Positions 18,918 to 23,473 of a stretch of DNA of 23,473 nucleotides are shown here, piece after piece. The notes beneath the pieces were generated by a model, which ran no database searches, was not told the origin of the DNA, and saw only the letters and a program-made list of their open reading frames with translations. A program made the translations under genes and the position numbers. The stretch's first letter is position 1; each line of letters opens with the position of its first letter. This DNA is from Erysipelotrichaceae bacterium (lineage in GTDB: Bacteria; Bacillota_I; Bacilli_A; Erysipelotrichales; Coprobacillaceae): contig JAQVDW010000026.1 in assembly GCA_028698185.1 (NCBI GenBank), forward strand, positions 1 to 23,473, given 5' to 3'.

Positions 18918-19061
18918 AATGATCTCCTTTTTGAAAATACATGCTCCTTTAATTTCATTCTAGTCCCTTTGTGTCTTGTTGGAAACAATTCTTTTGCACA
19001 ATCTTAAAAAAACCGGAGGAAAGGCCGGGATTGTGTATAATTATATTTCGAGGTGATATGA

Positions 19062-19793
19062 ATGAGAAAATTAATAATAAACGCTGATGATTTTGGTATA
19101 TCCCAGGGCACCAGCCTGGGAATCATCGCGGCCCATGAAAATGGAGTTGTTTCGTCGACTACTGCAATGATGAACATGCCCTATGTAAAAGAAGCCTTGC
19201 AGCTGGCGGCTCGATATCCAAATCTTGGAGTCGGAATCCACCTGGTTTTGACAATGGGGGTACCGGTTACCGGTGATTGCTCAAGTCTGGTCGACGAATC
19301 CGGGAACCTGCATTCCCAGAAACAAGGTTTCGACCACTGCGAGGTGGACCTGAAAGAACTGGAAAAGGAATGGGATGCCCAGATCCAAAAGTTTATCGAG
19401 TTGGCTGGGAAGCTGCCGACCCATATCGACAGCCATCATCACGTCCATCTGAGAAGAAACCTGATTGGCGTCGCTCTCAAGCTGGCCAAAAAATATGACA
19501 TCCCGATGCGCCAGACAACCCAGGATATGACCGATTACGAGCCGGTTGTTTGTTTCGATAAGATGTATGACGGTGATGTGAATCTCGAATATCTTGCAAG
19601 ACACCTGGATAATGAGCACCCATTCCAGGAAGTAATGTGTCATCCGGGCTATCTAGATAAGTACATTTATGAGAATTCTTCATACAATGTTTCCCGTATC
19701 TACGAACTAGAATTCTACCGGTCGCCCCAGCTAAGGGAATACGTGACGCAAAATTTCGAACTTGTTAATTACAGTGCGGTTGTGAAAAAATAA
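19062..19793 (+). CDS. YdjC/ChbG-family carbohydrate deacetylase
   Basis: The N-terminus LIINADDFGISQGTSLGIIAAHENGVVSSTTAMMN is characteristic, and the histidine-rich metal site reads IDSHHHVH. Confidence 0.85.
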   Translation: MRKLIINADDFGISQGTSLGIIAAHENGVVSSTTAMMNMPYVKEALQLAARYPNLGVGIHLVLTMGVPVTGDCSSLVDESGNLHSQKQGFDHCEVDLKELEKEWDAQIQKFIELAGKLPTHIDSHHHVHLRRNLIGVALKLAKKYDIPMRQTTQDMTDYEPVVCFDKMYDGDVNLEYLARHLDNEHPFQEVMCHPGYLDKYIYENSSYNVSRIYELEFYRSPQLREYVTQNFELVNYSAVVKK

Positions 19794-19795
19794 AA

Positions 19796-21157
19796 TCAAA
19801 TATGGCCAAGAAATGTGACTAGTGCTTTATTTATATCCTTTTTGGGGATATAATTGTAGTATAAGAGATAGTTAGTTTCTTGGTTGTTTTCATATTGGCG
19901 GATTTTAATTTTGGCTTTTTTGGCCAACTCGATGATCTGTTCGGGGCTTTTTGAAGATCTGATGGTTATTCCAAGAGCAATTCCGGTCGTCCGATTCGTC
20001 AGGGTCACATTGTCGTAATCCTTAAGGATGGCCAGGACGGTTTCCAGCTTGGCGGCATACAGTTTGCGCATTTTCTTGATGCCCTTTTGATAATCGCCGC
20101 TATGCATGAACAGGGCCAAGGCCAATTGTTCGAGTTTGGAGCAAGTCTGGTTGTACTGGTCTTTGATCCGGTTGTATTGGTCCAGCAGGGAATTTGGCAA
20201 GATCAGATAGGAAATCCGGAACGACTGGTACATTGTGGATGAAAAGGAACCGAGGTAGATTATCGCCTGGGAGTGCTTGTCGAGTCCTTGCATTGCCGGT
20301 ATCGGCTTGGACAAATACCGTAGCTCGCTGTCGTAATCATCCTCGATTATGTATGATTTGTTTTTGATTGCCCAGTTTATGGCTTCGATACGCTTGTCGA
20401 TGGGCATGAATGCGCCGGTGGGAAACTGGTTTGATGGAGCGGTATACAAAACACAGGGGATGTTCGTCGGCAGCTTGTCGATGGCTACCCCGTCCTTGGT
20501 GACTGGAACCTTCAGGGTTGAAAAATGGCTGTTTTTGAAAGTGTCGATCACCGGTATGTAGGAAGGGTCTTCCACGACAAAGACATTCGTATCAATTGTC
20601 GTCAGGATTCGGGCGATCAGAGTTGCCAACTGCTGGGTTCCCGCACCGATGACGATTTGGTCGCTTGAGGCCCGGACACCCCGGGACTGGTAGACATAAC
20701 GGGATATTTCCTGACGCAATAATAGTTCGCCCTGACTGGTGGACTGATGATTAAGACAATCCTGGTATTCGTTGATCACCCGGTTTAGACATTTCTTGTA
20801 GCGTTCGAAGTTGAAACATTCGCTGTCGTAGTAGTAGGTGTTGGGGCTTCTCGCGAGGTCATCTCCAAACTGGAGATTTGGCTGGCGGGTGCCATTAGGG
20901 TTCATGTCCAGTTTTGCCTTGACGTAGTAGCCGCTGTTGGCTTTTGAGTAGACATAGCCTTCCACTTCAAGCTGGCCGTAAGCTTGCTCGATGGTGGTTA
21001 TAGATATTTCCAGGTTTTTCGCCAGTGAGCGCAGTGACGGCAGCTTCTCGTCAGGCTTGATGTCCTGGTTGAAGATGGCTTCCTTGATGTAGTCATAAAT
21101 TTGACGATAAAGCGGAGTTTTGAGCGTCTTATCAATTACAATTGTCAGTTTTTTCAT
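19796..21157 (-). CDS. MocR-subfamily GntR regulator (winged HTH + fold-type-I aminotransferase-like domain), PLP-lysine replaced
   Basis: The wHTH region reads PLYRQIYDYIKEAI...LPSLRSLAKNLEISITTIEQAYGQLEVEGYV. The aminotransferase-like motifs are YTAPSNQFPTG, IIEDDYDSELRY and GSFSSTMYQSFRISY. AAGGAGAC RBS precedes ATG 21157. The ORF-track start at 21217 is upstream of the RBS. Confidence 0.88.
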   Translation of the reverse strand: MKKLTIVIDKTLKTPLYRQIYDYIKEAIFNQDIKPDEKLPSLRSLAKNLEISITTIEQAYGQLEVEGYVYSKANSGYYVKAKLDMNPNGTRQPNLQFGDDLARSPNTYYYDSECFNFERYKKCLNRVINEYQDCLNHQSTSQGELLLRQEISRYVYQSRGVRASSDQIVIGAGTQQLATLIARILTTIDTNVFVVEDPSYIPVIDTFKNSHFSTLKVPVTKDGVAIDKLPTNIPCVLYTAPSNQFPTGAFMPIDKRIEAINWAIKNKSYIIEDDYDSELRYLSKPIPAMQGLDKHSQAIIYLGSFSSTMYQSFRISYLILPNSLLDQYNRIKDQYNQTCSKLEQLALALFMHSGDYQKGIKKMRKLYAAKLETVLAILKDYDNVTLTNRTTGIALGITIRSSKSPEQIIELAKKAKIKIRQYENNQETNYLLYYNYIPKKDINKALVTFLGHI

Positions 21158-21211
21158 GAGGTCTCCTTGAAGTGTACTGGTATAAAAATATTTTTTTGTC
21201 CATTCTAACCC

Positions 21212-21234
21212 ATACAATGATAATATACAATGAT
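21212..21234 (+). promoter_or_regulatory. Tandem 10-bp direct repeat ATACAATGAT-aat-ATACAATGAT (candidate MocR operator)
   Basis: Exact copies at 21212-21221 and 21225-21234, with a 13-bp period. They abut the TATAAT at 21235-21240. A related inverted half-site (ATACCA on the minus strand) lies at 21178-21183. Confidence 0.45.
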
Positions 21235-21240
21235 TATAAT
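21235..21240 (+). promoter_or_regulatory. -10 box (perfect TATAAT) for the ECF-S/UPF0340 operon, with a poor -35
   Basis: TATAAT lies 21 nt before ATG 21262. The -35 position (21212-21217, ATACAA) is weak and coincides with repeat 1. Confidence 0.5.
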
Positions 21241-21261
21241 CAATTTTAGGAGGAGTTTATT

Positions 21262-21765
21262 ATGAAAACAAAAGATCTTTCCCTCAGCGCCTTGTTTATT
21301 GCGTTGATCATCATTGCTACAGCTTTTATCCATGTGCCTTCGGGGCTGGCTAATGGCTATATCCACTTTGGTGACAGTATGATTTTCCTGGCTATCATGT
21401 TCATCCCTAATTATCGTGGGGTATTTGTCGGTGGTTTGGGCAGCATGCTTTCCGATGTGGTTGCCGGATATGCCTTTTTCGCCCCTTTGACCTTTGTGGT
21501 CAAGATGTTGATGGGGCTGGTGTTTTTCCTGGTAATCAGAAAAAATCCAGAAAACCGGATGCAGCGGATAACCGGTTTCGTGTTTGCGGGAATAGTCCTT
21601 GTTTCAGGGTATTTCATCGGCGAATATTTCATGTACAATTCGGTAGCCATCCCTTTGACAGAAGTGCTCGGAAATACGGTTCAAGTAATTGGTTCTGTTG
21701 TTATTTTTGAAATCGTGTATAATATATTGAAAAGAACGGGAATCAAAGAAAAGATAGGAGAATAA
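21262..21765 (+). CDS. Small polytopic membrane protein resembling an ECF-transporter substrate-capture (S) component, substrate unknown
   Basis: 167 aa with about 5-6 TM segments. The N-terminus MKTKDLSLSALFIALIIIATAFIHVP..GYIHFGDSMIFLA...GGLGSMLSDVVAGY resembles the riboflavin/queuosine-type S-component pattern, judged from memory. AGGAGG RBS. Confidence 0.6.
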   Translation: MKTKDLSLSALFIALIIIATAFIHVPSGLANGYIHFGDSMIFLAIMFIPNYRGVFVGGLGSMLSDVVAGYAFFAPLTFVVKMLMGLVFFLVIRKNPENRMQRITGFVFAGIVLVSGYFIGEYFMYNSVAIPLTEVLGNTVQVIGSVVIFEIVYNILKRTGIKEKIGE

Positions 21766-21767
21766 AA

Positions 21768-22307
21768 ATGTTGCAAGATATTGAAAACGACAGTCGGATT
21801 TTGATTGATGAATTTTTGGGGCTGGCAAAGCTTGAAGCCGGGAATCTCTTCGTTCTTGGGTGCTCGACCAGCGAGGTGGCCGGCGAAATGATTGGTTCCC
21901 ATTCCTCACTGGACATCGCCAAAGCAATCTATGATGTTGTTGTTGCTTCGATGCAGGCACTAGACGTCTCTGTCTGTGTTCAATGTTGCGAACATTTGAA
22001 TCGGGCCATAATCATCGAAAAAGATGAGGCCATCAGGCGTGGGCTGGAGATTGTCAGTGTCGTTCCTCATCCTGAAGCCGGTGGTGCGATGGCGACCTAT
22101 GCATATTCGAAAATGGCCAATCCGGTTGTGGTTGAATTTGTCAAGGCGGATGCGGGCATCGATATCGGCGGGGTTCTTATCGGAATGGCGCTAAAACACG
22201 TTGCTGTTCCCATCCATCTGACCAAGCGCAATATCTTTCAAGCCCATGTTCAAGGGGCGCGGGTGCGGCCAAAATATATCGGTGGAGCCCGGGCGAAGTA
22301 CCAATAA
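21768..22307 (+). CDS. UPF0340 / DUF436 family protein (B. subtilis YwlG-like), function unknown
   Basis: Motifs LGCSTSEV, QCCEHLNRA, GGAMATYAY, VEFVKADAGIDIG and KYIGGARA are characteristic of the family. It starts 2 nt after the upstream stop, with an AGGAGA RBS. Confidence 0.8.
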   Translation: MLQDIENDSRILIDEFLGLAKLEAGNLFVLGCSTSEVAGEMIGSHSSLDIAKAIYDVVVASMQALDVSVCVQCCEHLNRAIIIEKDEAIRRGLEIVSVVPHPEAGGAMATYAYSKMANPVVVEFVKADAGIDIGGVLIGMALKHVAVPIHLTKRNIFQAHVQGARVRPKYIGGARAKYQ

Positions 22308-22313
22308 TAATTC

Positions 22314-22345
22314 AAAAAGCAGTTGCCGCACGCAGCTGTTTTTTT
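22314..22345 (+). terminator. Intrinsic terminator after the UPF0340 gene
   Basis: CAGTTGC (22320-22326) pairs with GCAGCTG (22332-22338) around loop CGCAC. An A-run precedes it and a T7 run follows (22339-22345). Confidence 0.8.
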
Positions 22346-22346
22346 G

Positions 22347-22374
22347 TTGACAGATACATGATTCGTGGTGTAAT
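22347..22374 (+). promoter_or_regulatory. Sigma-A promoter for mntP
   Basis: TTGACA (22347-22352), a 16-nt spacer, then TGgTGTAAT (TG 22366-22367, hexamer 22369-22374). Only about 16 nt of leader remain before ATG 22398. Confidence 0.6.
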
Positions 22375-22397
22375 CTTTGGGAATAGAGGGAGATATT

Positions 22398-22811
22398 ATG
22401 GCTGAATTCGAAATTTTTTTACTTGCCGTTTCGCTGGCTATGGATGCTTTTGCGGTTTCGATCTGCAAGGGGTTGAAAACCAAAAAAGTGAAATTGAATC
22501 ACATGGCGCTATCGGGACTATGGTTTGGTGGGTTTCAGGCCCTGATGCCACTTTTGGGTTATTACTTCGGCCAGGCGTTCCAAAAATACATTGTCGCTTT
22601 CGACCACTGGGTCACCTTTGGCTTTATGGGGAATATTGATATTTTCAAAGCGATTGCAATCATCGGAATCACAACGTTTGTCATTGCAATGATTGGAACA
22701 AAAATAGGGTGCATCTGTGGCGATAAGCTCAAATCCCAAGCGGAACTGCTTGGCGGTCTTATCCTTATCGGGCTGGGTGTGAAGATCCTGGTTGAACATC
22801 TTTATATATAA
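22398..22811 (+). CDS. mntP: MntP-family (DUF204 x2) putative manganese efflux protein, shortened by an apparent in-frame internal deletion
   Basis: The first half is intact (LAVSLAMDAFAVSICKG, GGFQALMPLLGYYFG, FDHW). The sequence then jumps to the end of the second half (IIGITTFVIAMIGTKIG, AELLGGLILIGLGVKIL). It is 137 aa, against about 185 aa for E. coli and B. subtilis MntP as I recall them. AGGGAG RBS. Confidence 0.7.
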   Translation: MAEFEIFLLAVSLAMDAFAVSICKGLKTKKVKLNHMALSGLWFGGFQALMPLLGYYFGQAFQKYIVAFDHWVTFGFMGNIDIFKAIAIIGITTFVIAMIGTKIGCICGDKLKSQAELLGGLILIGLGVKILVEHLYI

Positions 22812-22836
22812 AAAACTGGCATGGTTGCCAGTTTTT
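22811..22836. terminator. Bidirectional intrinsic terminator between mntP (+) and the grcA-like gene (-)
   Basis: AAAAACTGGCA pairs with TGCCAGTTTTT around loop TGGT (22822-22825). Confidence 0.8.
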
Positions 22837-22845
22837 CATTTTAAG

Positions 22846-23085
22846 CTACATTCCTTCGTGGAAAGTTCGTGAAATAACATCATCCTGTTGTTCTTTGGTA
22901 AGTTTTACGAAGTTTACCGCATAGCCGCTTACCCTAACGGTCAGCTGAGGATACTTTTCCGGATGTGCCTGGGCATCGAGCAAGGTATCCCGGTTGAAAA
23001 CATTGACGTTAAGATGATGGCCCCCCTGTTCAACATAGCCGTCGAGCATATTGACTAAATTGTCGATCTGATTGTTTTTTACCAT
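22846..23085 (-). CDS. grcA: Autonomous glycyl-radical domain protein (GrcA/YfiD-like, minimal 79-aa form)
   Basis: [55 protein letters not shown] matches the C-terminus of pyruvate formate-lyase and GrcA, including the RVSGYAV radical-glycine motif. AGGAGGAG RBS precedes ATG 23085. The ORF-track start at 23121 is upstream of the RBS. Confidence 0.82.
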   Translation of the reverse strand: MVKNNQIDNLVNMLDGYVEQGGHHLNVNVFNRDTLLDAQAHPEKYPQLTVRVSGYAVNFVKLTKEQQDDVISRTFHEGM

Positions 23086-23111
23086 TGTAATTCTCCTCCT
23101 TATGTGTTTAC

Positions 23112-23120
23112 ATATTACCA
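23112..23120 (-). promoter_or_regulatory. Extended -10 promoter (TGgTAATAT on the minus strand) for the grcA-like gene
   Basis: The reverse complement of 23112-23120 reads TGGTAATAT, about 27 nt upstream of the start codon. Confidence 0.4.
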
Positions 23121-23142
23121 TGTATTAATAATGATTACTAAT

Positions 23143-23167
23143 TATATGCTTATAATATATGCTTATT
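23143..23167. repeat. Tandem direct repeat TATATGCTTATa / TATATGCTTATt (13-bp period)
   Basis: Copies at 23143-23154 and 23156-23167, with 11 of 12 bases identical. They lie just upstream of the predicted grcA-like promoter. Confidence 0.6.
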
Positions 23168-23329
23168 ATTGTTTTTAACATAGGGCTTTGTACAACCGGC
23201 AACACTTATTGGGGACAGGCTGGGACATATTTTTGATATGAATGTGACGGTTCCTGGAACAAGGGAGATGGTAATTGAGTGTGATTGCGACAACGCGGGC
23301 CTTTTTTGAAATAAATATCAAATTTCCCG

Positions 23330-23358
23330 TTGACTTGCAGGGAATAATGTTGTAAGAT
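23330..23358 (+). promoter_or_regulatory. Strong sigma-A promoter, probably an rRNA operon promoter
   Basis: TTGACT (23330-23335), a 17-nt spacer, then TAAGAT (23353-23358). An A/T-rich UP-like tract lies at 23308-23325. Confidence 0.55.
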
Positions 23359-23473
23359 AATCAAGTCGGCTCAAGCGGGCCACAGTTCATTGAAAACTAA
23401 ACAGAATTAAAAACACAACGTCAATTATTCAATAAGAATAAGATTTAAAAAGAGCTAAACAAACAAGCAATTG
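23359..23473 (+). other. Probable rRNA operon leader (16S gene expected just beyond the window)
   Basis: There is no ORF. The sequence ...CATTGAAAACTAAACAGAATTAAAAACAC... closely resembles the conserved TTGAAAACTAAACAAG stretch that I recall in Bacillus-type rrn leaders upstream of 16S. Confidence 0.5.

Noticed and set aside
18925-18966. 13-codon upstream ORF (MYFQKGDHYGRFV) overlapping the punA start on the minus strand.
   Set aside because: The GGAG is only 1 nt from its ATG, the ORF is out of frame with punA, and it has no supporting features.
22347-22397. yybP-ykoY (Mn) riboswitch expected upstream of mntP.
   Set aside because: After the promoter only about 16 nt of leader remain, and none of the conserved elements is visible. 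Its absence is folded into the mntP finding.

Overview
This 23.5-kb window looks like ordinary chromosome from a moderate-GC Gram-positive (Bacillota-type) bacterium. That assignment is inference from a T-box leader, many extended -10 promoters, and RpiR, PTS and ECF gene content. I recognise no transposase, integrase, phage gene, CRISPR array, toxin-antitoxin pair or defence gene.

Gene order, left to right:
- Two tandem, independently promoted and terminated tRNA-Leu(CAA) genes.
- An RpiR regulator followed by a beta-glucoside operon (PTS EIIC, GH1 6-phospho-beta-glucosidase, RDD membrane protein).
- A second RpiR regulator with a sialate-O-acetylesterase-like gene, then a P-loop kinase and a ROK kinase.
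- A translationally coupled pair of transporters (UMF1-type MFS and AI-2E).
- A sigma-A promoter and Phe-specifier T-box leader driving aroF-aroB-aroA-aroC-pheA-aroK.
- punA on the minus strand, and a YdjC/ChbG-type deacetylase.
- A MocR-type regulator (minus strand) divergent from an ECF S-component-like gene and a UPF0340/DUF436 gene.
- A shortened mntP, a minimal grcA-like glycyl-radical gene (minus strand), and at the right edge an rRNA-operon-type promoter and leader.

The best candidate for something undescribed is the MocR / ECF-S / UPF0340 module. Its regulator lacks the PLP Schiff-base lysine, and its divergent promoter carries a tandem 10-bp repeat. Secondary oddities:
- an in-frame-deleted, riboswitch-less mntP;
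- a ROK kinase without zinc ligands in a partial nan-like cluster;
- Phe-only T-box control of the common aromatic pathway;
- several unexplained short repeats in intergenic regions.

All family calls come from motif recognition by eye. No searches were run.
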